A stretch of DNA of 64,000 nucleotides from positions 1,470 through 65,469 of the forward strand of contig JAITND010000044.1 of assembly GCA_031290625.1 (NCBI GenBank), written 5' to 3'. The translations under genes and the position numbers were made by a program. This document shows positions 9,699 through 20,378 of the stretch, piece by piece. Position 1 is the stretch's first letter; every line of letters starts with the position of its first letter. The notes beneath the pieces are model-generated. The model did not search any database. It was not told the origin of the DNA and worked only from the letters and a program-made list of their open reading frames with translations. Source of the DNA: Endomicrobium sp. (GTDB lineage: Bacteria > Elusimicrobiota > Endomicrobiia > Endomicrobiales > Endomicrobiaceae).

Positions 9699-11042
9699 AT
9701 GCTAAAAAGTTTTGGCGATATCTTTAGGGTGCCTGAATTAAGAAAAAGAGTATTTTTCACATTGCTTATTATTGTTGCATACAGAATAGGCGCTACTGTC
9801 CCTATTCCCGGTATCAATAGCGAAGCTGTAAAATCTTTATTTGCGGCGCAGGCTAACGGATTGCTGGGTTTTTTAGACATGTTTTCGGGCGGAGCGCTCA
9901 ACAGGATGTCGGTTTTCTCTATGGGTATTATGCCGTATATCAACGCGTCCATTATTATGAGCTTGATGCAAGGCGCTCACATAATTCCTTATTTGGACAA
10001 ATTGGCAAAAGAAGGCGAACAAGGAAGAAAAAAGCTTACGCAGATTACGAGATATGGCGCTCTTATTTTAGGCGCTATTCAGTCTTTTGGTCTTACTATG
10101 ATGATAACCAAAATCCCTACGCCTTCAGGTATGCCTATAGTATTGGATCCGTCTTGGTCTTGGACATTCTTGACCATTACAACTTTGCTTACGGGTACGG
10201 TTTTGATAATGTGGCTTGGCGAACAGGTCACGGAAAGAGGCATTGGCAACGGGATCTCCCTTATAATTTTTGCGGGTATAGTTGAAAGGCTTCCTCATGC
10301 TGTTTTGAGTATTGTAAAGCTTGTTCAAATGGAAGAAATTTCAATCTTGTACGTCCTAACTCTTACGGCTATTGTATTTGCTGTTTTGATAGCTGTCGTT
10401 TGGATTGAAACTGCTCAGAGAAGAATTCCTATTCATTATGCCAAAAAAATGGTCGGCAAAAAAATGTATGGAGGACAGTCTTCTTTCCTTCCTATAAAAG
10501 TTGACCAGTCTGGCGTTATAGCCGTTATTTTCTCTGTATCTATTTTAACAGCGCCTTTGACTATGGCTCAGTTTGCTCCAAATTGGACAATATTTGGTTT
10601 CCCTATGGCAAAGAAAATTATGGAATGGTTTAACGGCGTGTCTGTTGTTTATAGTTTGATTTATGCGGGACTTGTTATTTTCTTCTGCTATTTTTATAAC
10701 TCAATATCTTTTAATCCAAAAGATTTGTCTGAAAACATGAAAAAATCAGGCGGTTTTGTTCCCGGTATCAGACCTGGAGAACCTACGGCTAATTACATAC
10801 AAAAAGTTCTTGAAAGAGTTACGTTGGGTGGCGCTTTGTTTGTTGCTTGCATTGCAGTTTTGCCCGATTATTTGAGAAGCGTTATGAGCGCTCCATTTTT
10901 CTTTGGCGGAACTTCTCTCCTTATTGTCGTCGGCGTATCTCTTGATACAGTCGGACAAATAGAGTCGCATTTGATAATGAGGCATTACGAAGGATTTATG
11001 AAGGAAGGACGTATAAAAGGTCGTTGGTTTAACGTGCGTTAG
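9699..11042 (+). CDS. secY: Preprotein translocase subunit SecY
   Basis: SVFSMGIMPYINASII, MWLGEQ.T..GIGNGISLIIFAGIV, GGF.PGIRPG..T, FGGTSLLIVVGV. Confidence 0.99.
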   Translation: MLKSFGDIFRVPELRKRVFFTLLIIVAYRIGATVPIPGINSEAVKSLFAAQANGLLGFLDMFSGGALNRMSVFSMGIMPYINASIIMSLMQGAHIIPYLDKLAKEGEQGRKKLTQITRYGALILGAIQSFGLTMMITKIPTPSGMPIVLDPSWSWTFLTITTLLTGTVLIMWLGEQVTERGIGNGISLIIFAGIVERLPHAVLSIVKLVQMEEISILYVLTLTAIVFAVLIAVVWIETAQRRIPIHYAKKMVGKKMYGGQSSFLPIKVDQSGVIAVIFSVSILTAPLTMAQFAPNWTIFGFPMAKKIMEWFNGVSVVYSLIYAGLVIFFCYFYNSISFNPKDLSENMKKSGGFVPGIRPGEPTANYIQKVLERVTLGGALFVACIAVLPDYLRSVMSAPFFFGGTSLLIVVGVSLDTVGQIESHLIMRHYEGFMKEGRIKGRWFNVR

Positions 11043-11153
11043 AGAACTTGTAAACCCAAAATCCTACGTTCTTAAAAATTAATGCTGAAGTTTAGTTTTT
11101 AAAAAAATTGAGATTTGTTGAAATAATAAAAAATAAAGCGATAAGAGTTAAAA

Positions 11154-11777
11154 ATGAATTATATACTTATGGGACCTCCCGGAGCGGGAAAGGGAACCCA
11201 GTCAAAAAAAATTGTAGAAAAGTTTGGCATAGTCCATCTATCAACGGGCGATATGTTTAGAGAAGCCAAAAAATCTGACGAAGTTATAAGCAAACTTCTT
11301 GCATCGGGACAGTTGGTTCCTGATGAGATAGTCGTCAACATGGCGAAGAAACGTCTTGAAAAAGACGACGTAAAAAAAGGATTTCTTTTGGACGGTTTTC
11401 CAAGAACTGTCAATCAAGCTCAAGAGCTTGACAAAATGCTTAAATCTGAAAACATGAAAATAGACGCGGTATTTTTTATAGACGTTTGTTTTGAAGAGGC
11501 GGTTAAGAGAATTTCAGGAAGAAGAGTTTGTTCTTGCGGCGCAAGTTACCACGTAGATTTTATTCCTCCTAAAGTTGAAGGAAAATGCGATGGTTGCAAC
11601 TGTGAGCTTATCCAAAGAAACGACGACAAAGAGAATGTTGTAAGAGACAGACTTGATGTCTATGAGAAACAGACTAGACCTTTAATAGACTATTACAAAA
11701 GTACGGGGTTGCTTGTTAATATAGACGGTTTAAAAAGTGAATCCGAAGTGTTTGAAGATATAAAAAACGCATCATAG
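11154..11777 (+). CDS. adk: Adenylate kinase (Cys-containing LID)
   Basis: [33 protein letters not shown]...CDGC. Confidence 0.98.
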   Translation: MNYILMGPPGAGKGTQSKKIVEKFGIVHLSTGDMFREAKKSDEVISKLLASGQLVPDEIVVNMAKKRLEKDDVKKGFLLDGFPRTVNQAQELDKMLKSENMKIDAVFFIDVCFEEAVKRISGRRVCSCGASYHVDFIPPKVEGKCDGCNCELIQRNDDKENVVRDRLDVYEKQTRPLIDYYKSTGLLVNIDGLKSESEVFEDIKNAS

Positions 11778-11788
11778 AGGCAAAAAAA

Positions 11789-12577
11789 TTGTTTTTTAAA
11801 AAGCAGGCGATAGAGTTAAAAACGGCAAAAGAAATTGAGAAAATGAAGGTTGCCGGTAAAGTTGTAGGGGAAATTTTAGAAAAGCTCTATGAAATAATAA
11901 AACCGGGAATAACTACGAAAGATATAGACGAATTCTCGGAAAAATATATAAGAAAATTGAAAATGACGCCTGCGTTTTTGGGTGCGACTGGCGCAAGATA
12001 TCCATTCCCTGCGTCTGCGTGCGTATCAATAAACGATGAAGTTGTGCATGGGATTCCGAATGTTTCCCGCGTGCTAAAATCAGGCGATATAGTTTCTGTA
12101 GATATGGGCGTTTTTTACGAAGGCTATTATGGCGATGCGGCAAGAACCTACGCAGTCGGCAGTATCTCCGACGCTACCGCTAATCTTCTTAAAATTACGG
12201 AACTCTCTTTACAGAAAGGCATAGAAAAGGCGCTTCCTGTAAACAGGCTTGGCGACATTTCAAACGCTGTGCAAACAGTTGCCGAGAACGCCGGTTTTTC
12301 GGTTGTAAGAGACTTTGTCGGACATGGAATAGGTAGAAATCTGCACGAGGAGCCTCAAATTCCAAATTACGGCAAAGCGGGTACGGGAGTTAAGCTTCTT
12401 CCCGGAATGGTTCTTGCAATAGAGCCTATGATAAACGAGGGAAGTTACGAAGTTTGCATGTTAGACGATGATTGGACTGTTGTTACAAGAGACGGAAGTT
12501 TAAGCGCTCATTTTGAGCATACCGTGGCGATAACGGAAAGCGGATACGAAATTCTAACAAAGGTAGAGAATGGCTAA
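11789..12577 (+). CDS. map: Type I methionyl aminopeptidase
   Basis: [39 protein letters not shown]. Confidence 0.98.
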   Translation: MFFKKQAIELKTAKEIEKMKVAGKVVGEILEKLYEIIKPGITTKDIDEFSEKYIRKLKMTPAFLGATGARYPFPASACVSINDEVVHGIPNVSRVLKSGDIVSVDMGVFYEGYYGDAARTYAVGSISDATANLLKITELSLQKGIEKALPVNRLGDISNAVQTVAENAGFSVVRDFVGHGIGRNLHEEPQIPNYGKAGTGVKLLPGMVLAIEPMINEGSYEVCMLDDDWTVVTRDGSLSAHFEHTVAITESGYEILTKVENG

Positions 12578-12791
12578 AGAAGAGAAACTTATTGTTGCAG
12601 GCAGGATTTTGGAATCTTTGCCAAACGCTATGTTTAGAGTAGAGCTTATAGAGGGCGGTCATGTAATATTAGCGCATATTTGCGGAAAGATGAGAATGCA
12701 CTATATAAAGATACTTCCCGGCGATAAAGTTAAAGTTGAGCTTTCTCCTTATGATTTAACAAGAGGCAGAATTACATACAGAGAGAAATAA
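12570..12791 (+). CDS. infA: Translation initiation factor IF-1
   Basis: [36 protein letters not shown]. Confidence 0.99.
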   Translation: MAKEEKLIVAGRILESLPNAMFRVELIEGGHVILAHICGKMRMHYIKILPGDKVKVELSPYDLTRGRITYREK

Positions 12792-12845
12792 AAAGCGGTT
12801 GTAAAATAACGAGATAGACAAAAGCCGTTGCGCTATCGTCGCGCG

Positions 12846-12873
12846 TTGTTTTTTTGTTATTTTATGATATAAT
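12846..12873 (+). promoter_or_regulatory. Putative sigma70 promoter for rpmJ/alpha operon
   Basis: Extended -10 TGATATAAT at 12865-12873, weak -35 TTGTTT. Confidence 0.5.
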
Positions 12874-12912
12874 ACGGAATTGTCAAAGATATAGAAAATA
12901 ATGGAGTATGAA

Positions 12913-13026
12913 ATGAAAGTCAGAGCATCGGTAAAACCTATTTGTAAGAAGTGTAAAGTTATAAAACGCAAAGGCGTAGTAAGGGTTGTATGCTCAGAGC
13001 CTAAGCATAAGCAAAGACAAGGATAA
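12913..13026 (+). CDS. rpmJ: 50S ribosomal protein L36 (below ORF-track cutoff)
   Basis: Manual translation [37 protein letters not shown]. Confidence 0.98.
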   Translation: MKVRASVKPICKKCKVIKRKGVVRVVCSEPKHKQRQG

Positions 13027-13121
13027 GGATAAGTCGTAAAGTAAAAGATAGCGACTGAAAGGTCTGTTATTTTAGTTTTTAATTAGATAAAAAAGAAGCA
13101 AACAATCTGGAGGATAGATAA

Positions 13122-13511
13122 ATGGCTCGTGTTGCCGGAGTAGATTTACCAAAGAACAAAAGACTTGATATAGCGTTAAGATATATTTACGGAGTAGGAC
13201 CTGCCGTATCAAACGAAATTATAACGGAACTTTCATTGGATCCCGCTAAAAGAGTTAAAGATTTAACTGAAGAAGAAGTAAACAAAATAAACAATCTTAT
13301 AACAAAAAATTTAAAAGTTGAAGGAGATCTCAGAAGAGAAATCCAAGTAAATATTAAAAGACTTATAGAAATCGGGAGTTATAGAGGCTCGCGTCACAGA
13401 AAAAATCTTCCCGTAAGAGGACAGAGATCTAAAACCAACGCCCGCACGAGACGCGGTAAGAGAAAGACCGTAGGAGCAGGCAAGGCTGCGTCTCCGGGTA
13501 AGAAGGGCTAA
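13122..13511 (+). CDS. rpsM: 30S ribosomal protein S13
   Basis: [22 protein letters not shown]...[15 protein letters not shown]. Confidence 0.99.
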   Translation: MARVAGVDLPKNKRLDIALRYIYGVGPAVSNEIITELSLDPAKRVKDLTEEEVNKINNLITKNLKVEGDLRREIQVNIKRLIEIGSYRGSRHRKNLPVRGQRSKTNARTRRGKRKTVGAGKAASPGKKG

Positions 13512-13600
13512 GAGTCGGGCTGATGTTTGGTTGTCGCTAATTACCGACAAGAAATGTTTAAGTTAAAGTTATATATTCGTAAAATAAGAACGGAGGAAGT

Positions 13601-13993
13601 ATGGCGGAAGAAAAGAAGACCGTCGGTTCTAAAAAGAAAAAATATACCGGCGGAGTAGCTAGAGCGTATATATTGTCAACATTTAACAATACGATTGTTA
13701 ATATAACCGATGAAAGAGGAGACACTTTGTCTTGGGCGTCTGCAGGCGGTTCAGGATTTAAAGGAACAAAAAAAGGCACGCCTTTTGCGGCTCAGATGAC
13801 TGCGGCTGCGGTAGGTAAAAAGGCTATGGCTATTGGCGTTAAAAGCGTTGCTATTTTTGTAAACGGTCCTGGTCCGGGAAGAGAAACGGCTATAAGAGGT
13901 TTGCAGAGTTCAGGTCTTGCGATAACAGCTATAAAAGATATTACGCCTGTTCCTCACGATGGGTGCCGTCCTCCAAAACCAAGAAGAGTATAA
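13601..13993 (+). CDS. rpsK: 30S ribosomal protein S11
   Basis: [38 protein letters not shown]. Confidence 0.99.
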   Translation: MAEEKKTVGSKKKKYTGGVARAYILSTFNNTIVNITDERGDTLSWASAGGSGFKGTKKGTPFAAQMTAAAVGKKAMAIGVKSVAIFVNGPGPGRETAIRGLQSSGLAITAIKDITPVPHDGCRPPKPRRV

Positions 13994-14076
13994 CATTGGA
14001 AATGACGTCCGACGCAACGGCTGTTGTCGGATATTTATTTAGATATAGTAAAAACAACATGGGAGGATTTTAATAG

Positions 14077-14703
14077 ATGTCACGTTATTTACGTTCAGTA
14101 TGTAAGTTGTGTCGTCGTGAAAAAGAAAAGCTTTTCCTTAAAGGGGAAAGATGTTCTTCAAATTGCGCTCTTGACAAAAAAAGAGGCAAAAATGCTCCCG
14201 GACAGCACGGAGCAGCGAAGTCAAAAATGTCCGACTATGCAAAACACTTGCGCGAGAAACAGAAAGCAAGAAGAGTTTACGGTTTAACTGAAGAACAGTT
14301 CGTCCGCTATTACGAGACGGCTGAAAAAATGAAAGGTTCGTCCGGAGACAACTTGTTTAAGATTCTTGAGCTTAGGCTTGACAATGTGGCGTATCATTTA
14401 GGATTGGCTTCTTCTAAGAGAATGGCAAGACAAACGATAAATCACGGAAATATTTTGGTAAACGGCAAAAAAATAGACGTGCCTCGTTATCAAGTGAAAG
14501 CGGGCGATATTATAACGGCGACTGAGAAGTACAAGGCAAACGCTGTTATAAAGAAATTGATTGAAGCGACGTCTTCAAACGTTCCCTCTTGGTTGAGTTT
14601 TGACAAAAACAAAGTTGAAGGGACGGTAGTAAGCGAACCTTTGGCAGGGGAAGTTTCTCACCCTATAAACAGTCGGCTTATAGTTGAATATTATTCAAAA
14701 TAA
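14077..14703 (+). CDS. rpsD: 30S ribosomal protein S4
   Basis: CKLCRRE..KLFLKG.RC, PGQHG, LE.RLDN, LIVEYYSK. Confidence 0.99.
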   Translation: MSRYLRSVCKLCRREKEKLFLKGERCSSNCALDKKRGKNAPGQHGAAKSKMSDYAKHLREKQKARRVYGLTEEQFVRYYETAEKMKGSSGDNLFKILELRLDNVAYHLGLASSKRMARQTINHGNILVNGKKIDVPRYQVKAGDIITATEKYKANAVIKKLIEATSSNVPSWLSFDKNKVEGTVVSEPLAGEVSHPINSRLIVEYYSK

Positions 14704-14743
14704 ATTAACGGCTGCGAAACTTTGTTAAGTGAGGTTATAAAGA

Positions 14744-15742
14744 ATGAAAGCATTGGATTTAGAAAAATTACGTAAACTTACTTTAGACAAAAAAACCGCT
14801 ACTGAGTTCTATGGACGTTTAATCGCTGAACCTTTTGAACGCGGTTATGGTCATACGATAGGTAATTCGTTGAGAAGAATTCTTCTTTCAAGCCTTGAAG
14901 GATCGGCAATTTCTTCCGTAAAAATTGCGGGAGCTATGCATGAGTTTGCGGTTTTGAAAGGCGTAAAGGAAGACGTGGCTCAGATAGTTTTAAACTTAAA
15001 AAAGATAAGATTAAAGTTGAACGGCGACGGTCCTGAGAGATTGTGCCTAAAAGTAAAAAAAGCGGAAAAGGTAACTGCTAAAGATATTGAGCGAAACCTC
15101 AATGTTGATATAATGAATCCCGAGCAGGAAATTGCGAATATAGACAATGGAACGACTCTTGAAATAGAAATAGAAGCCACTAAAGGCAAGGGATATGTTC
15201 TTGCAGAAGAGGCAAAAGTAGACAAGTACCCCGTTGGCACTATATTCTTGGATTCTCTATATTCTCCTGTAACAAGAGTTAACTACGAGGTGGAAAATAC
15301 CCGCGTAGAGCAGACTCTTAACTATGACAAGCTTATTATGGAAATATGGACGGACGGATCAGTATCTCCGAAGGATGCTTTAGTGAAATCTGCAAAGATT
15401 TTGAGAAATAGACTTATTATTTTCACTGATGAATCTGTTGAGGATGAATCTGTTGTTGCTAAAAGCGCTGTAGAGGCGGATTATGTTGTAAAGCAAGAAG
15501 GCATTTTTGCTCAGCCTATAAGCTCTATGAATCTTTCAGTAAGATCTTTAAATAGCTTAAAAAATGCGGGCGTAGAGACAATTGGCGACCTTGTTAAAAT
15601 AAACGAACATGATTTGATGAACTTTAGCAATTTCGGAAAACGTTCGTTTGAAGAAATTAGCGGTAAGCTTCAAGAGTTGGATTTGTCGCTTGGCATGGGA
15701 TTTAAAATTGGAAAGGGATTTAAGAACGGAGTTAAGAAATGA
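14744..15742 (+). CDS. rpoA: RNA polymerase alpha subunit
   Basis: EPFERGYG.T.GNSLRRILLSS, LSVRS.N.LK, NFGK.S..EI. Confidence 0.99.
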   Translation: MKALDLEKLRKLTLDKKTATEFYGRLIAEPFERGYGHTIGNSLRRILLSSLEGSAISSVKIAGAMHEFAVLKGVKEDVAQIVLNLKKIRLKLNGDGPERLCLKVKKAEKVTAKDIERNLNVDIMNPEQEIANIDNGTTLEIEIEATKGKGYVLAEEAKVDKYPVGTIFLDSLYSPVTRVNYEVENTRVEQTLNYDKLIMEIWTDGSVSPKDALVKSAKILRNRLIIFTDESVEDESVVAKSAVEADYVVKQEGIFAQPISSMNLSVRSLNSLKNAGVETIGDLVKINEHDLMNFSNFGKRSFEEISGKLQELDLSLGMGFKIGKGFKNGVKK

Positions 15743-16092
15743 TAAAAACTTATAATGGGAGCAAACTTGGGGTAACGAGTTCTCACAAAAAAGCCATGCT
15801 TCGCAATTTAGCTACCCAGTTGTTTCTCCATGAAAAAATAGAAACTACTTTGCCTAAAGCTAAAGAACTTGTAAGTTATTCTGAGAAACTTTTGACAAAA
15901 GCTAAAAAAGCAGATTTAAGCGCTATAAGAGCTGTAAGCGGCGAGATACACAATAAAGATGTTGTTAAGAAAGTTTTTGACGTGTTGGCGCCGAGATATA
16001 AAGAGAGAAACGGCGGGTATGCTCAAATCTTGAAAATTGGAACAAGACGCGGCGACAGCGCCGACGTCGCTATAGTAAAATTAGTAATATAA
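15739..16092 (+). CDS. rplQ: 50S ribosomal protein L17
   Basis: H.KAMLRNL...LF.HE.I.TT.PKAKE, R.GGY..I.K...RRGD.A. Confidence 0.98.
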   Translation: MIKTYNGSKLGVTSSHKKAMLRNLATQLFLHEKIETTLPKAKELVSYSEKLLTKAKKADLSAIRAVSGEIHNKDVVKKVFDVLAPRYKERNGGYAQILKIGTRRGDSADVAIVKLVI

Positions 16093-16105
16093 CAATCACA
16101 AACTT

Positions 16106-16183
16106 AAAAGCGGAGAACGGACAATGAAGTCAAATAATCGGGGAAATCTGTTTATTTGTATTCTTGTCGCTCTCCGCTTTTTT
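16106..16183 (+). terminator. Long imperfect hairpin with U-tail after rplQ (putative terminator/attenuator)
   Basis: AAAAGCGGAGA...TCTCCGCTTTT outer stem, inner GACAA/TTGTC and CAAATAA/TTATTTG pairs. Confidence 0.6.
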
Positions 16184-16202
16184 AATCCGCACGAGGAACT
16201 AA

Positions 16203-17231
16203 ATGTTTAATTATATTTTTGGGTTGTTTTCTAACGATATGGGAATTGACCTTGGGACCTCTTCAGTTTTAGTCTATATTAAAGGCAAAAACATTGTTTT
16301 AAGAGAGCCGTCTGTAGTCGCTATGGAGCGCGATACAAAAAAAGTGCTTTCTATAGGAATAGAAGCGAAAAAAATGCTTGGCAAAACCCCTGCAAACATT
16401 GTTGCAGTAAGACCTTTGAGAAACGGCGTTATAGCGGACTTTGAAGCAACCGAAAAAATGATTAGATATTTTATTAAGAAAGTCCACAATAAAAGAACTC
16501 TTTTACACCCAAGAGTAGTTATAGGCGTTCCTTCAGGTATTACAGAAGTAGAAAGAAGAGCCGTAAGAGAGTCTGCCGAGCAGGCGGGCGCCAGAGAAGT
16601 CCACCTTATAGACGAGCCGATGGCTGCCGCAATAGGCGCTGGAATACCAATTCAGGACCCGGAAGGCAGCATGATAGTAGATATTGGCGGCGGCACCACA
16701 GAAGTAGCTGTTATTTCTCTTGGCGGAATGGTTGTGGCTAAATCTCTTGCAGTTGCGGGCGATAAAATGGACGAAGCCATAGTTCAGTATTTTAGACGCA
16801 AACATAATCTTTCCATTGGTGAAAATACGGCCGAATCTGTTAAAATGAAAATTGGCTCTGTATTTCCTTTAGAGCAAGAATTGACGATGGATGTTAAAGG
16901 AAGAGACTTGCTTTCAGGTCTGCCAAAAACTGTTTCTATTTCTTCTGAAGAAGTAAGAACGGCGCTTGCGGACCCTGTCAGAAAAATAATAGAAGTTGTA
17001 AAGAGCGTTCTTGAAGAAACTCCTGCCGAACTTTCAGCTGACCTTGTTGACAAAGGAATAGTTTTGAGCGGAGGAGGCTCGCTTGTTAAAGGTATTCCTG
17101 AACTTATTTCTCAAGAAACAGAGTTGCCTGTAAATCTCGCCGACGATCCCCTTACATGCGTTGCCAGAGGCACAGGCGCGTATTTGGAAGAGTTGGACAA
17201 CATAAAAAGATCCCAAAAAAGAAACATATAA
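16203..17231 (+). CDS. mreB: Rod shape-determining protein MreB
   Basis: [45 protein letters not shown]. Confidence 0.99.
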   Translation: MFNYIFGLFSNDMGIDLGTSSVLVYIKGKNIVLREPSVVAMERDTKKVLSIGIEAKKMLGKTPANIVAVRPLRNGVIADFEATEKMIRYFIKKVHNKRTLLHPRVVIGVPSGITEVERRAVRESAEQAGAREVHLIDEPMAAAIGAGIPIQDPEGSMIVDIGGGTTEVAVISLGGMVVAKSLAVAGDKMDEAIVQYFRRKHNLSIGENTAESVKMKIGSVFPLEQELTMDVKGRDLLSGLPKTVSISSEEVRTALADPVRKIIEVVKSVLEETPAELSADLVDKGIVLSGGGSLVKGIPELISQETELPVNLADDPLTCVARGTGAYLEELDNIKRSQKRNI

Positions 17232-17246
17232 CATTAGGATTTTTTA

Positions 17247-18089
17247 ATGCGCAAAACTCAAAAAACAAGATACGGTAACATAATATTTGCCGTCCTTCTT
17301 ATGTTTGGCTTTGCGCTTATAATTGGAAGAACTTCCCCATATGTAAGTCTTATAAAAGACCTTGTTTATTATATCGCTTATCCAAATGTGTCGTCGGCAA
17401 ATAATATATTTCGTTTTACGGGACGTCTCGCTGACAATATTAAGGCTATGGTTTTTTTGTATCAGGATAATATTGCCTACAAACAAGACAATCAAGCGCT
17501 TGAAGATAAACTCCGCAATTACGATGTTATTTCAAAAGCGTACGACAACTTATCAAAACTCCTAAATCTTGAAAAAATCAAAAATACAAAATCTGTTTTT
17601 GTTAGGATTTCCGCAAGAGAACCTAGCGAATGGTATCAATGGCTTATAATAGATAAAGGCGAAAACGAGGCGTTAAAGGAAGACTTTCCCGTAGTAATAT
17701 TTAATAAAAGCAAAAATACCCTATGCGTTCTTGGGAAAATAATAGAGGTTTACAAATCGTCTGCAAAAGTAGCTTTGATAACAAACTCAAGCTGCGAACT
17801 CCCTGTTGAAATTAAAGACAAGGGAATTAACTGTCTTGCGGAAGGGTTTAATTCCAATCTTATAAAAATAACCTATATACCGTCGGGATCTGATGTTAAG
17901 CCCGGAGATGAGATTGTCGTAAGCGAGCTAAGTTCAGTGTTTCCTAAAGGCGCTCTTGTAGGAGTTATAAAAGAAGTTATGGAAGAGACATACGTTGATT
18001 TTAAAACTGCTACGGCTGAAGTATATTTTGAGTCCAACGTTGTTTATGACGCCGTTATTCTTGCGCCGCGGGAAGAAGAGTATAAATGA
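17247..18089 (+). CDS. mreC: Rod shape-determining protein MreC
   Basis: N-terminal TM, coiled coil, IIDKG, GD.IV.S.L..VFPKG..VG; follows mreB. Confidence 0.92.
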   Translation: MRKTQKTRYGNIIFAVLLMFGFALIIGRTSPYVSLIKDLVYYIAYPNVSSANNIFRFTGRLADNIKAMVFLYQDNIAYKQDNQALEDKLRNYDVISKAYDNLSKLLNLEKIKNTKSVFVRISAREPSEWYQWLIIDKGENEALKEDFPVVIFNKSKNTLCVLGKIIEVYKSSAKVALITNSSCELPVEIKDKGINCLAEGFNSNLIKITYIPSGSDVKPGDEIVVSELSSVFPKGALVGVIKEVMEETYVDFKTATAEVYFESNVVYDAVILAPREEEYK

Positions 18090-18583
18090 AAAAAATTATT
18101 GGTTATTTTCTTCTTTATATAATCTTTTGCATGCTGCAGTTTTTCTTCAGCAAATATCTCAGCGTTTGCGGGGTTTTCCCCAATTTTATACTTATATTGG
18201 TTGTCTATCTTGGACTTACAAGAGGCGTTGTATCTACTGAAATAATTGGCTTTTTGTTTGGTCTTACATGGGATGTTTTTTCAACTGATGTTTTTGGCAT
18301 ACGAACCGTAATGTTTACGTTTGTTGGTTACTTAACAGGTATGATGAACAAAAATTTTGACAAAGATAGGCTTCCGGCTCAAATTGTAATAGTTTTGCTG
18401 GCAAATCTAACTTATTGGTTTGGGTTTAGCTTTATTTATTGGGTTCTTCCTGCAGGCGAGAACGGGACTTCGTCTTTTATTACCGCTCAAGCTGTATTTA
18501 AAATATTATCAACCGCTTTGTTTGCGCCGGTTGTATTTTTTATATTAGATCGGTTAGAACTCTTTGCTAGGGGGGACGCATAA
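18086..18583 (+). CDS. mreD: Rod shape-determining protein MreD
   Basis: Multi-TM, PNFILILVV, GFLFGL.WD; operon position. Confidence 0.9.
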   Translation: MKKIIGYFLLYIIFCMLQFFFSKYLSVCGVFPNFILILVVYLGLTRGVVSTEIIGFLFGLTWDVFSTDVFGIRTVMFTFVGYLTGMMNKNFDKDRLPAQIVIVLLANLTYWFGFSFIYWVLPAGENGTSSFITAQAVFKILSTALFAPVVFFILDRLELFARGDA

Positions 18584-18584
18584 A

Positions 18585-20378
18585 GTGGTTTGGCAAAAAG
18601 AAGATCGGTTTGCTTATGAAAACTTTCTTAAAAAACACAAAATTATTCTTGTGTTTTTTATATGGCTTTTTGTTTGTCTTTCAATAAGGCTTTTTTATCT
18701 ACAAATTGTGAAAGGAAATAAATATAAAGCTATTTCAGAACAGCAAAGACTGCATAATGCAAACGAATACGCCCCAAGGGGCGTAATTTACTCTTCCGAT
18801 AATAAGGTTCTTGCTGGCAACGAATTTGCTTATGTCGCTTTATATTATCCTCCTGACGGTAGCAAAAAAATATCGGACGAAACTTTAAAAGAACTAGGGC
18901 GAATTTTAGGCGGAGATATAAAACCCAAAGCGGACGACAGCAATAAGTATGGGAGAGTTTTAAAACTTGCCGATAATCTTACCAAAGAAGAGATGTTCAA
19001 AGTCCGCGAGCAGAACCTTCGTCTTCATGGCGTTACCGTCGCAAGAGAACCGCGCAGGGTTTATCCTCTAGGGGAAGCCTCAAGCCACGTTACTGGATAT
19101 ACGAGCGAAATAAAAGCCGAAGAAATAGAAGAATTGTCTGAGCAAGGGTATAAACGCGGAGATTCCATAGGCAGAGGCGGCATAGAGCAGGCTTACGATG
19201 GATACCTTCAAGGTAAAAGCGGAGGGTGGCAGGTTGAAATAAATGCGAGAGGATACAGAGTAAAAGCGTCCAAATATGTGCCTCCAGAAATTGGATGCGC
19301 CGTATACTCCACAATAAATTCAAAGATACAAAAAGCCGCTTACGACGCTTTAAAAAACAGCGTCTCTGATAAAGGCGCGGTTGTGGTTTTAGACGCAAAA
19401 ACTGGCGCGGTGCTGGCTTTGGTTTCGTGTCCGGGTTTTGATGCAAACAAGATAAGATACAAAGAATTTAGTAAATATTTAAAAGATAAAAATCTTCCTC
19501 TTTTCAACAGAGCATTGCAGGCATTGTACCCTCCCGGTTCAATATTTAAAGTAGTTACATTTGCGGCGGCTGTTGAAGTTCTGAACTTAGATCCAGCAGA
19601 AAAAGTTTTATGCGCGGGAAAGTTTGAGCTTGGCGATAGACATTATACTTGCTGGTACAAGCCGGGTCACGGACGATTGGATTTAATTCATGCGATGGTT
19701 CAGTCGTGTAATATTTATTTTTACCAGCTTGGGCTTAGGCTTGGCGTAAAAAATCTTGAGAATTTTTCAAAAAAATTCTACTTGGGTCGTAAGACCGGTA
19801 TAGACTTGCCTAACGAAAAAAGAGGGTTTGTTCCAAGTCAGGAATGGAAAAAATCTAATATGAAAATGAAGTGGCTTCAAGGCGATACTGTTATATTTGC
19901 CATTGGGCAGGGCGCTCTGTGGGTAACGCCTCTTCAAATGGCGCATATGATGTCTGCCATTGCAAACAAAGGCATATGCAATAAACCTTATGCCGTTGAA
20001 AAAGTTGTTGACGTAAACGGAACTGAATTATGCAGACGCAAAGCTGAGAAGGGAGAAAAGATAGAATTATCTGAACGTACTTGGTCTTTGCTCCATACGG
20101 CTTTATTGGAAACTGTTGAGTCTGGAACTGGAAAAAGATGTAAATTTAAAGATATTAAAGTGGCGGGAAAAACCGGTACGGCGCAAAATCCGCAAGGGAA
20201 AGATCATGCTTGGTTTATTTCTTATGCGCCAGCTGACAATCCTGAAATTGTCCTCGCCGTTATAGTTGAACATGGCGGCGGCGGCGGCGTAAACGCCGTT
20301 CCTATAGGTAGAAAAATTTACGAAACATATTTTAATATAGATTCTGAAACTGAAAATAATAAGGAATCGGCAAGATGA
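18585..20378 (+). CDS. mrdA: Penicillin-binding protein 2
   Basis: GTG 18585; RLFYLQI, APRG.I, YPPGSIFK (SxxK), SCN (SxN), KTGTAQ. Confidence 0.96.
   Translation: MVWQKEDRFAYENFLKKHKIILVFFIWLFVCLSIRLFYLQIVKGNKYKAISEQQRLHNANEYAPRGVIYSSDNKVLAGNEFAYVALYYPPDGSKKISDETLKELGRILGGDIKPKADDSNKYGRVLKLADNLTKEEMFKVREQNLRLHGVTVAREPRRVYPLGEASSHVTGYTSEIKAEEIEELSEQGYKRGDSIGRGGIEQAYDGYLQGKSGGWQVEINARGYRVKASKYVPPEIGCAVYSTINSKIQKAAYDALKNSVSDKGAVVVLDAKTGAVLALVSCPGFDANKIRYKEFSKYLKDKNLPLFNRALQALYPPGSIFKVVTFAAAVEVLNLDPAEKVLCAGKFELGDRHYTCWYKPGHGRLDLIHAMVQSCNIYFYQLGLRLGVKNLENFSKKFYLGRKTGIDLPNEKRGFVPSQEWKKSNMKMKWLQGDTVIFAIGQGALWVTPLQMAHMMSAIANKGICNKPYAVEKVVDVNGTELCRRKAEKGEKIELSERTWSLLHTALLETVESGTGKRCKFKDIKVAGKTGTAQNPQGKDHAWFISYAPADNPEIVLAVIVEHGGGGGVNAVPIGRKIYETYFNIDSETENNKESAR

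Noticed and set aside
15427-15456. GATGAATCTGTTG tandem duplication in rpoA
   Set aside because: In-frame duplication in the variable NTD-CTD linker; probably neutral.
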